Shown one piece after another: positions 36,997 through 47,513 of a stretch of DNA of 47,513 nt. Origin of the DNA: Geosiphon pyriformis uo1. Taxonomy: Eukaryota > Fungi > Glomeromycota. Numbering within the stretch: the first letter of the stretch is position 1; each line of letters begins with the position of its first letter. The notes beneath the pieces are model-generated. The model was given only the letters and a program-made list of their open reading frames with translations. It did not search any database and was not told the DNA's origin. Location: positions 1 through 47,513 of the forward strand of contig JAAOMT010000761.1 of assembly GCA_016748015.1 (NCBI GenBank), read 5' to 3'. Position numbers and translations under genes: made by a program.

Positions 36997-38330
36997 TTAA
37001 TCTTGTCTCATCCTTGAAAGGCTATCAATATTGGTGTGTAGTTTTCTTGGTTTGTGGTGTACAATATATTTGTAGTCTGTTAGGAAGTCATTTCATCGAG
37101 ACTGTTTGGCACTTTGTTCAGTTTTCTTTTTGTTGAGTCATTTGAGACCAATATTGTCAGTTATGATATCAAATTTTTTTTCATTCTTCAGGTATTGTTG
37201 AAAGTGTTTGAGAGCTCAAATAATTGTAGTGGCTTCTAGTTTAGTTGAGTCATATTTGAGTTCTGTTGGTTTAAGTGTTCTACTGGCATAAGCAATAACT
37301 TGTTTCTGGTCATTTTCATCTAATTGTAATAGAATGGCACCAAATACTGTGTGTGAAGCATTAGTGACTAGTTGAAACTATTTCTTGAAATCTGGATAAG
37401 CAAGAACTGGAGCTGTTGTCAATCTTGTTTTGAGGGTTTCAAAAGCTTTTTGTTGTTTTTCCATCCATTTGTATGGCACATTTTTGTTGGTAAGATAATT
37501 AAGTAGTTTAGCAATTTCTGAGAATTTTTTGATGAATTTCTGATAGTAAGAGACTAATTCTACAAATCTTTGTAGTTTTGTGGTATTTTTGGGAGTTTGG
37601 AAGTTTTTGACAGCACTGATTGTTCCAGAGTTTGGTTTGACTCCATCTTTGCTAACTATGTGTCCAAGAAAGATTAAGCTTGTTTTTCCAAAGTGACATT
37701 TCTCAATATTTAATTTTAATCCTGCTTTCTGTAATCATTGAAAAACTTCTCACAGGTGGATAAAATGGGCTTCAAAGCTTGGTAAGTATACATTAATGTC
37801 ATCAAGATAGACAACTACTGACTGTTATAAAAGTTCTTTATATACAACATCCATAAGTCATTGGAATGTTGCTGGTGCATTGCAGAATCCAAAAGACATA
37901 ACATTGAACTCATAGTTTCCTTCTTGAGTAGTGAATGCTGTTTTGAGTCTATCTTTTGGGTCCATTTCGACTTGCCAATATCCACTTTCTAAGTCTAAAG
38001 TTGAGAAGAACTTGGCTTTTCTTAGAGCATCTAGCATGTCATCAATTCTTGAAAAAGAGTAGGCATCTCTAATTGTAATACTATTCAGTTGTCTATAATC
38101 AACACAGAATCTGATTTTTCCGTTTTTTTTTTTAACTAAAACTACTGATGAGGCTCAAGAACTTTTTGATGGTTGAATCAATTCATTATTGAGCATTTTT
38201 TGGATCTCTTCTCTAATAAATTGATGGCTGGCAGGTGATACTCAATAAGCTTGTTGTCTTTTTGGTGGAGCATCTCCTGTGTGGATCTGATGTTGAACAA
38301 TATCAGTTTTTCCAAAGTCATTGTTGTCCT
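36997..38330 (-). pseudogene. Reverse transcriptase and RNase H (decayed)
   Basis: IRFCVDYRQLN, LDLESGYWQV, VVVYLDDINV, LVTNASHTVFGAIL, IAYASRTL and NIDSLSR. Confidence 0.94.
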
Positions 38331-38844
38331 TTGCAAAGATATCTGCAAATTCAGCTATTAGCTGTTTCAATTGTTTTTATTGTTGGGGTTCTAAGAGACC
38401 CATGTTGATTCGAGAGAGTTTTTTTTCCAAAAAGTGGTAGTTTTCAGTAGTAGAAATGATGTTTGAATTTGGAAGTAGAGTATGTCTTATAATTTCGATG
38501 AAATTAGAGACAATTTGAGGTTTTTCATCTTGAAAGATGTTATTATGTATGATTCCAATTTCTAATTTATTTAATAGAACAATAGAGTAATTGTTGGGAT
38601 TGTAGAATGTAACTTGAAATTTTTTTATTTCTTTAGGAATATAAACGTTTGAAATTGAGATTTCATGCTTCAAACAGATTTGTTCATTGGATTCAAAGAT
38701 TTGTTGAGTAGTGGTGGGTTTTGAGCAGGTGTAAATTTCATAATGTTCTCCAAAAGATGAAATGGTAATTGGTTGAGGAAGTTGAAAAATCTGGTGGGAT
38801 TTATTTTGTGCATTAAGAGCTATGTTTACTGGCACTGTAAATCG

Positions 38845-39240
38845 TCCAGTTAAACCAAAACCTTGAGTTCCTCTTTCACTTTTTCCCAATTGTTCTCTGT
38901 TCTTTACTGATTGTAACCCCGAAATGTTGATTAAGAGTAGGTAAATTGCTTGGGCAATTTTCTTAGCATGTTCAATTCTGAATGATTTGTCTGTTTCATT
39001 CTGTAACATGATAGTAATGTTTTCAGTATATCCTGTATCTATAATTCCTCCTCTAATATTGATTTTTTTGCTTACCAATAATGATCTGAATGCAATTTCA
39101 ACCATTGCTCTAGGTAGAATTTTAAGAGCAATTTTGAGATTGATTTTTGTTAAGGACTTTGGTTGGAGAACCAAAGTATTTTTTTCTGGATATCTTAGAT
39201 CATATTTAGCATCAATTTTGTGTGCTTTTTCTGGTCTGAT
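38845..39240 (-). pseudogene. Trimeric-type dUTPase domain within the Gypsy polyprotein
   Basis: All five dUTPase motifs in order, with decay: DAKYDL, AFRSLL, GGIIDTGYTENI, KKIAQAI and RGTQGFGLTG. Confidence 0.92.
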
Positions 39241-42200
39241 TTCTTGTTTATGGTTGTCAAAATATTTAAGTTATAGAGGTAGTTGCTTTTTAAGAAGATA
39301 GATAGAAGTGGTTGGTAGTTCTTCTACTAGTTCAGATACTCCAAATTTGATTTCATTTTTATCATTCTTATCTGGCAGAAGAATACTAAGAGCATAGCAT
39401 TCTAAACACCATTGGTTATTACAAGACATAACACATTCTTTACACAATTGAATGTTTATTTGCTCTAATCATTGAATTTGAGCTTTTTTGGTTGGGTATG
39501 TATGATTTGCAATTTGGTGGTAGGTTTCTATTTTATTTTCATAATCAAATCCAGCTAATTTCATGGTATACTCAATATATTTAGCTTTTTTCATTTGGCA
39601 GACATCTTCTTAGGTAGCTCTATTGATTAATACTATTGCTAAGTCAAAAATTATTTCAGTATTATGAGAGTAGTGGTAAAGTTTATTGAAAGCACTATTA
39701 TATGCTGCATCAAAAAGTGTTTCTCTTCTGACTTTTTCTGAAATTGATAGAGCATATTAACAGGTTTGATTATATACTCCTCCTCTCATTGCAACATCAA
39801 TCCAGTTGCATTCTTCTGGTAGTATATTTCCACATATAAAACAAGATGTTTTGTCCCATTTTCCACTTTTTTTGGATATCCAAATCGTTCTCTATGGCAT
39901 GCTTTGCAAAAGTAGCAGATATGAGTTTCATATTCCTCTTCTGGAGAAATACATGCTCCCATTGATGAAAGTTTCTTGTTGCAATCTTTGTATTTGAGTG
40001 GAATATAGGGTGGTTGTTTCCATGATTCTGGTGTAGAATATCTAATTTTCTTCCATCCTCTTAATTCTTCAAAAATCTTCTGTTCTGTTTTTTCAGCCCA
40101 ATTGGATGTTGATCCAAGAGCCATATAGGTTTTAGTAAGTGGCATTTCTTTTTCTTCTTCAAATTCAAATACTGGGGCTTTTTTTGATCATTTGTTGAAA
40201 GTATCACAAGTAGCAGATACTATAGTGTATTGTCCTTGGTATGAGATTTTTAGTTCCTGAGTTTTCCAGTTTAAGTTTGCATTGGCCTTAAGAAGCCAAT
40301 TATTTCTAATAAGAGCTTGGTATTGGAGTGCATCCATAACTAGAACTTTGACTGGAATGGTGATTCCATCAATAGTAAATGAAAAATTGTCAATTTTTCC
40401 TACTGGTGTCTTTTTCATACCATCTGCTGTAACAATTACAGTTTGGACTAGTCTGTCAACAGTTTTTTGAAGCTGTTGCATTAACTGGTAGGTGATAATA
40501 CTTCCAGTTGATCCACTGTCTAGAATTAATTGGATGGGCTTTTCTTCAAATGTAGCTTTAGTATACATGGCAGTAATAGTTTTTTGTTCATTGACTGCTG
40601 TATTGCTAAGCAAAAATGGTGATTTATTTGCTTCAAATTCGAATGGGAATATATCTGAAAGGTTGGCATTTTGGGCAATTTGGGCTGGTAGAATAGTATT
40701 GTTGGAAGAGTTTGATGTTGGTACTGCAACTTTACCTTCAGAAAATGCAGGTTGTTGAAAATTCGATTTTTTAGGCATTGTGAGATAATTGGGTTGAATG
40801 TAATAGTGGTTGGGTCTTTGCTGACCAGAATTTCGGGGAACCAACTGGTTATTTGGGTTGATTCTGTTGTTGTTATTTTGATTTTGGGGTGTAAATGGGT
40901 TATGTTGAACAAATTTTCTGGCTGGTACTTGATATTGTTGAATGGATGGTGTCTAATATTGCTGAATTGGTATGGATTGCTAATATTGTTACTGTATTGG
41001 TTGTGAAACTGGTTGATAGTAATTGTTTTGATTTTGTGGTCTTGGTGAATAATAAGTTGGTGGTAGAGGTTGGTAATAAGATTGTTGTGGTGAAGAATAA
41101 CGTTGATTACTCTTATTTTGTTGGTCTCTTTGCAATTTCTTGTAATCTTATTTCCAGTGTCCTGGAATTCCACAATAATGACAATTTTGAGGTTGGTTGT
41201 TGGATGGTGATCCAAAGTTGTTTTGGTTTCGTCATTGTGGTGGTTGATATCTTTGTGGTTGCTACTGTTGTTGTTGTCAGTTGGTGAAATAGTTTTCAAC
41301 CTTTTTTGTGAGTTGGTTTATTTTCTCTTCAGCTGCTAAACTGGTTTCTCCAATAGCTAGGTTGACAAGTTTGGTGTGGTTTGCTTCTTCTATTGCCATT
41401 TCATAGTTCTTTGTATGTCTAATAGCAGTTGCTAAGTCTTCTGGGGCATGTGGACAAACTTTCTTAATGAGTTTGTTTTTTAATCCAGCTATAAATTGAT
41501 CCAAAATCTGGGCATCAGAATAGTAATCATTGGTTTCCAATTGTCGAATTTGTCAAAGAAGTTTGTTGAATCTCCCAAGATAGATCATGACAGTTTTAGA
41601 TGTTTCTTGTTTAATGTTGTGAAAGCAATTACAGAGAGTGATAAAAGTGTTGTTGTCAGTGAATTGTTGTAAAAAAGCATCTTTGAATGCTTGCTAGTTC
41701 TCAAATGGTTCTTCTAAATTTTCAAACTATTCTCCTGCTGTTTCTTGAAGAAAATAAGGAATTGCTTTGAGCATTCTTGCTGCAATCCAACTATTTGCAT
41801 CTCTTGCTTTTTGAACTTTGTCAAGCCATTCTTGAGGACTGGTATCATTGTTTTCACCAGTGAATTCTGGAATCTTTGCAATATAAGTAGTTGCCATTTC
41901 TTTTTTATTTTCTGTAGTTTTTTCTTGTTCAGATTTAGTTTTTTCACTTTCCAAGTTTTTTGAATGATTACTTTCGTTTTCTTGTAAGTACTCAATGATA
42001 TTGGTGCTTGTTAATATGGATTCCTGCTGTTGAGTAGGATTTCTAGGTGACTGATAATCTTCTGGTCTGAAGAAATGGTTGAGTGGCAAATTTGGTGTTT
42101 GTGGTTAAATAAGTGAAATTGGAAATAGTATAATAGAAAGTGGTAATTTGACACTGGTTCTTTGTTCAGGTGTTTGTAAGTGTTTGGTAGTTGTCTTTTG

Positions 42201-42640
42201 TAGTATTGGAGTGTTTGGGGTAGTTTTTGAGTATTGTTTCACTTTTTGTTTGCCTTTGTTGTTTGTCTCTGTTTCTGATCTAAAGTCAAATGAGTAGTTG
42301 GGCTGCACTGAGTATTTTTCTTCACAATACTCAATAATGTTAAAATTAAGTTTTTGGAAGTAGGTAGCAAGTGTTTTACTGTTCAGGTCTTCTGTTCCCA
42401 ATTGTGAATAGTGCAATAAATTATTGTAGAGGTTGCTTCTAACTTCTGAAATGTTGTAGTTTCCAAAAAGATAATTGTTGATATGGTTTTTAATGTATTG
42501 ATATACTGATTTCTTGACAACTTCAATTCCGTCTGGGATGTTAAATCTTTGTTTGCAGTGGATGTAAATTGACTGATAATACTCTAGAGTTGCTGTGTCT
42601 GGTGTGATTGCCACTTTAAATTTGTTGTTGTTGTGTTATT
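39241..42640 (-). pseudogene. Gag, protease and Cys-rich region (decayed)
   Basis: Same-frame pieces 42105-42614, 41727-42089, 41277-41540, 40188-40844 (LILDSGSTGSII) and 39786-40145; knuckle near 41140-41185. Confidence 0.9.
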
Positions 42641-42659
42641 TCTATAGAAGAGCACTAAA

Positions 42660-43627
42660 TGTTACTGGAGGTTTTTGGTCTCTTTTTTTGAATGTTGTAA
42701 GTATTGATTTGCTGTGAATTTACGTTTTTAGGAAGTAGTTAGACCTCCAGTAGCTGAATTTATCTTCAAATTATCTCTTATAATTTGAACTGCTGGGCTT
42801 ATGAATGGAATGGCCAATTCTATGCCAATTACTTTGTATGTTATGTTGTAGTAAATATCAACTTATTCTCAGAAATTGCTTGTTTGGAAGCTTACTAAAA
42901 ATATAGTTACTTTACTGTAAAAGTCAACTCTTCTACAGGAATCTTGTTTGTAGACTACCCTAATAATTATGATAAGAAAATAAAAAAAAATAAAGAAATG
43001 TAAAAGAAATAGAATTTTTTCAATAGAAACGTTTTCTATCCAGGCCTGAAGTTACTAACAAATTATTGAAATTGGTAGCTAATCAATTTCAAAAACGTTA
43101 ATTGTGTTGAGGGAATTTCAAGTATAATAATTTAAGAATTTGGTTTTCAAATATTTAATTTTTATTTAAATGTGTAAAAAGTGATTTATTTTAATTAAGA
43201 TCTCTAAAATAAGATACTATGATAAGATACTATGAGAAGATACATTTTCTTGAAGAGAAAAGCTCTTTTTTTATACAACTTGTTATAGTACTATTTTTGA
43301 ACTTGCATTTTTCTTTTTTTCTTTAATTTGGGTAAACTAAAAATACATTTCAGCAAATTTACAAGTTATTTCACTGAACTATTGATTATTTCGGCGAATT
43401 TTCATTAATTTTGGCGAATTTTGACTATGTTAAATGGTTCAGAGTATTGTGTAATTTGATCATCTTAATTTCTAGAGTACAAATCGGATTATTGATTGAG
43501 TAATAATATTTAATAATTTGATTAAATAATAAGTGATAATCAAAATAATAATAATATATGCTAATTAATAATAGGAATTATAAGGGTAATTTCATGCTAA
43601 TTAATAGCTAAAATTCTACTGGTAACA
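42660..43627 (-). repeat. 5' LTR, family A
   Basis: TGTTACCAG...CCAGTAACA followed by the PBS; colinear with 33745-34728. Confidence 0.95.
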
Positions 43628-45331
43628 GTGAGGCTGAATTCTATAGATTTCTTTCCTCTTTTTGCCACTATGGTGTAGTTTTTATAGAGCAGCTTTGTAG
43701 TCAAAAAGGTACTATTTTTGACTGGAAAACCTTCAAGCATTGAAAAAAACTGGACCCATGTGGCCCTGTCTCTGTCTGGTTTAAGCTTTTTGTTGATTTT
43801 CTTGGTGGTTTAGCCCCTTCCTCTGTCTATTCTTCATCTTTGAGTGGTTCTGGTGTTTCAAGTGTTCTGAGATCTAATAAGTTTAGGCTTGTTTGTAATC
43901 AGTTGTTGAATGTTACAAATAATATTATATTTATATATACAAATGGATCTCTACAGAAATTGGGTAGTGCTAACATGAGGGCTGATGTGGCAGTTTTTTT
44001 TGAGAATGTCAACCTGGGTTTGGGAGTTAGGATTTCTGGTCTGTTGTCTTCTACTTTGGCAGAGCTACAGACTATAGCTTTAGCTCTTGAGTGTGTTCTA
44101 TCTTTCAGCTTGGTTCATCTTTTTATGAACAGTCAGGCTGCCAGAATTGAATTTGGTGTGTCCGGATTTTCGGAATTAGTGTTGGGTTAAGCATTAATAC
44201 ATTGTGAATATTGTTAAGAAAAAGAATTTAAATGTCACTTGATACAAAGTTAAAAGCCATTCAGATGTTGTGGGTAATGAATGTGTTGACACTCTTGCTA
44301 ATGCAGCTTCTTGTTCCCTTTTGTGCCTTCCTCTCAACTTGATAGAATGTTGTATTTTAACTGAGGATAATGTTGTTTCTAGGAATTCTAGACATTTTGT
44401 TTGTGGAATTTTTTGCTCTATTCATTGTATACACTGGGAGCTTGGTTCTGGTTCTGGTGTTTTAGATAGTAGTCTGCTTTCAGATATGGATTGGCTTAGC
44501 TCTTTTTCAGTATGGCACTCTGATTCATACATGGCTGTTGGTTTCACTAGTAGACTTACTGCTGACACTTAAACATACTTCATGAAAGCTTTGCATTATC
44601 AGTTGCTGGTTGCTGTGTAAAAGCAATTGTATAACAAGTGTTACTCCAGTGTTTTGTGTCTGTATTGTGGTGATGTTGAAATCTCAGATCATGCTTTTTC
44701 TTGTGTATTTGATGATCCAACTCATCAACATTTGTTGGATGTCTATGCAACTTTGTGGTATGCACTTACTAGTCTTTTCATCTCCTTTTCATGTGTGTTT
44801 TAATTGTTGTTGTCTTGTGCTTTGAATACTATAGTGTGTACAGCTCTTTGTAAGGGCTTTGTTTTTAAAAATTGGCTTTGTAAAGCTGTATCAATTTTCA
44901 AAGACTCCAAGAGTGTGAATCGGAAAATTGTGGACTTTGTGTGTGGTTTTTGTCTTGTTTTTAGAGGAGAGATCTGGTCGGTCCATGCTAAGCATCATGT
45001 CTTTATGAAAAAAAATGGGCTGATATCATTGAATGGGTCGATTCCAATGTCAATTTCTGGACTATTTTTGTTATTTTCTTCTGGTACAGTTAAACTGTTG
45101 GGTATTAATGAGGTATTTGGTGTAAGTTTTGGATTTTATAAGTCTCATTTGTTTCTCTCAGGTATTGAAAGTCCTGTTTCTGTTTATATAAGTGTTTAGT
45201 GTTGTCCTGATCAGCTTAAGTGGCTGGTCATGTATAGTAAATACATAATTCACACCTAGTTTAGATCAATTATTTGATGTATTGTACTAAGCAGTATTTA
45301 GATCTTACTTATTAAATGAATAAAAAAAAAA
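43628..45331 (+). mobile_element. LINE 3' fragment (RNase H, zinc finger, 3' UTR, poly-A)
   Basis: IYTNGS, TLAELQTI, GNECVDTLA and CLYCGDVEISDHAFSC; homologous to about 29650-31363; A10 tail at 45322-45331. Confidence 0.92.
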
Positions 45332-47040
45332 GGCAATACCAAAAAACATAAAAAAAATGTTAATTTGGTTTTTATTTGATTAACTTAATCTTTAAGATTA
45401 GATAATTTAATAATTTGGTTTGTTTTTAAGATTAATAATAATCTATTAAAAAAAAACTAATTATTGCTAAAAAATTTTATTCAAAATTTTATCTAAAATT
45501 ACAAAAAAGTTTAATATAACAATAGTAAATAATTATTGCTATTTTTTAAGTCTTTAGTCTTTTTGATTATTTACAAAATAATAATAACAATATTAATAAT
45601 AAAAACAAAAAATACCAGTTTGTTTATAAGCTTATTATTAAAAACTTTAAGGCTTTTGGTAAAAGTAAAAACAACATTAAAATTAATTTGAATAAATTTC
45701 TTGAAAAAAACTTTAATTAAAAAAGAACTATTAATCAAAAACAAAAAAAAATATTTTAAAAATGATTAAAAACAGCTTTTTACTATTAATATTTAAAAAA
45801 AATGTTGTTAAAATATTTTGTCTAATTGTTTTAATAATAGAAAAATTTTCTTTTCTTAAAACTTTATTAGTTATTATAAAAAATAATATTTAAAACTTTT
45901 TTACTTTTTGTTCTAATTATAATTATAAAATAAAAAGAAAAAAAAGTTTATATTCTTATTTATTATCTATTAATATACTTGAAAAAATAATTAAAAAAGT
46001 TTTGTTTATAAATTAAAATTTGTTATATAAAAAACAATTAAAAAAACAAAACAATTAAAAAAAATAATGTTAAAAATACAAATAAAAATTTTAAATATTA
46101 TATGATTAAATATTAATTATTGTGAAATTTTTATACAAAAATTTGATTTTTTGAATACAAAATTTATTTTATTTTAAATTCTATATATTTTATTAATAAA
46201 AAATTTTATTAAGTTAATTAGTTTTAAGTTAAATAATACTTTTTAATTAAAATATCTTATAAATAATCTAATTTTGCTAAAGTCTAATTTTTTTAAAAAA
46301 AATATTATAGTTAAAAATTATAGTTTTTATTAATTATTAATTTAATTAATAATCTGATTATTAATTTAATTGTTGATCTAATTATTAACTTAATTATTAA
46401 TTTGGTTATTTATTATTTTTAATAATTATATAAATAATAAATTTTTTAACTATAAAAAAACATAAAAGCAAAAAAAAAATTCTAAAATTTAAATATTAAA
46501 AATCTTAATAATAATTACAATATTAAGTTTTATTTAATTTTACAATTTTAATATATAAATTTAAAATTATTATTATATTTGAATTTAATATTTTTATAAT
46601 TATTAAATATAAATAAAATTAAATAGTATTATTATTTTTATTATTTTTATTTATATTATTACAAATAAATTTTAAATACTTTTTATCTTTATTCAATTTT
46701 TTAATTTTATCAAATACTAATTCAATATGTTATTAAAACTTTTGCTTATTATTTTGTTTTATTAAAAATATAATTAATTTGTTTAAATATTGTTTTATTT
46801 TAAATATTAAATAAATATATTTTATACAAATTAAAATAATAAATTTTATTTACTTATTAATTAAAATATAAGATGTAAATATTTTGTGTTTAATTATAAC
46901 TATAATAAACAATAATATTAATACTATAATAATCAACTTTATTATTTATTATAAAATACTTATCTGTCAATTTTTTTTGCTAATCTCATATTTTTGTAAT
47001 AATTTCTTTTTAATTTAGCCTCTAAAATATTTTTTAACAA
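45332..47040. other. Extremely AT-rich non-coding tract
   Basis: G and C are rare, no ORF of 60 aa or more, and no CpG seen by eye. Confidence 0.8.
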
Positions 47041-47229
47041 AGTAGTATATTGTGATCTCAATAGTAAAATATTTGCTTATTAGTACATGTTTTTTTTTAA
47101 GATGCCAACTGGTAGTTATTCTTTTACCATTTATTGCTTTCATTGGATCATTAAAAATATATCTTGTTTGAATCTAGAGAGCTTGAAATGCCTCATGTAA
47201 TTCAGCAAACTCTTCCCTCGGAATCAGTG

Positions 47230-47513
47230 TTAAGCAACCACATTTGCCTTTGCCGCTTTCTCCTGGAACATTTTGCATGCTCCAATGGCTTGTGCGATGT
47301 CCGTTTCAAACTTCTGCTCATTAGGAATTAGTTTTTGCTCTATTGAATCAAAAGATGCTGTTGCCAAAGAACTTTCAGTTTCTCTGGTTTCAGGATGAAC
47401 ACCAGTTTTCACACTGAGAGTTGTTGACTGGCTTCTCGACTGGGATCGTGAACTTATAGCAGCCTCTTCTGACGTATACACCATTGGTTGCATCTGCTGA
47501 ACCAGGAAACGCT
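47230..47513 (-). CDS. 3' end of a probable host gene, hypothetical protein (partial; runs off the window)
   Basis: The frame is open from the window edge (RFLVQQMQPMV...) to TAA at 47230. GC content is higher and several CpGs are retained, unlike the repeats. No domain recognised. Confidence 0.6.
   Translation of the reverse strand, partial: RFLVQQMQPMVYTSEEAAISSRSQSRSQSTTLSVKTGVHPETRETESSLATASFDSIEQKLIPNEQKFETDIAQAIGACKMFQEKAAKANVVA

Larger units (their letters stand above)
33745..43627 (-). mobile_element. Structurally complete Ty3/Gypsy element, family A (9.9 kb), decayed
   Basis: Two LTRs, PBS, gag, PR, Cys-rich region, dUTPase, RT (YLDD intact at about 37797-37808), RH, IN, ORF3 and PPT. 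Confidence 0.96.

Noticed and set aside
39860-39875. Frame change in the complete element as a programmed frameshift
   Set aside because: It falls at an A-run and the paralog at about 1040-1070 stays in frame; a homopolymer indel or sequencing error is more likely.
24700-45331. All three non-LTR elements point their 3' ends towards the centromere, as HeT-A/TART do
   Set aside because: Only three elements, more than 24 kb from the end, with no telomeric repeats at their junctions; chance is sufficient.

Overview
This window is the left end of an AT-rich eukaryotic chromosome, most likely fungal. The repeat-derived peptides remind me of Glomeromycotina such as Geosiphon, but that is unverified recollection. 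It opens with a two-part telomere: 13 x CCCTAA (6-83), then about 30 units that are mostly CCCTAT (84-263). The telomere is fused directly into the dUTPase coding region of a truncated Ty3/Gypsy element. The next 45 kb is a nested set of decayed transposons. Three related LTR families are present (called A, B and C here; all TGTTA...TAACA termini), including one structurally complete 9.9-kb copy (33745-43627). There is also a full-length APE-RT-RNase H LINE, a second LINE 3' fragment, an ORF1-only LINE partner and a split DDE transposase remnant. All are riddled with C>T/G>A transitions. The only likely host gene is a partial CDS at the right edge. The best candidate for an undescribed system is the Gypsy lineage itself. 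It encodes one Gag-PR-(Cys-rich)-dUTPase-RT-RNase H polyprotein, an integrase that appears to start at its own ATG after a conserved stop, and a conserved unknown ORF/domain after the integrase. All alignments were made by eye, and internal domain boundaries are approximate.
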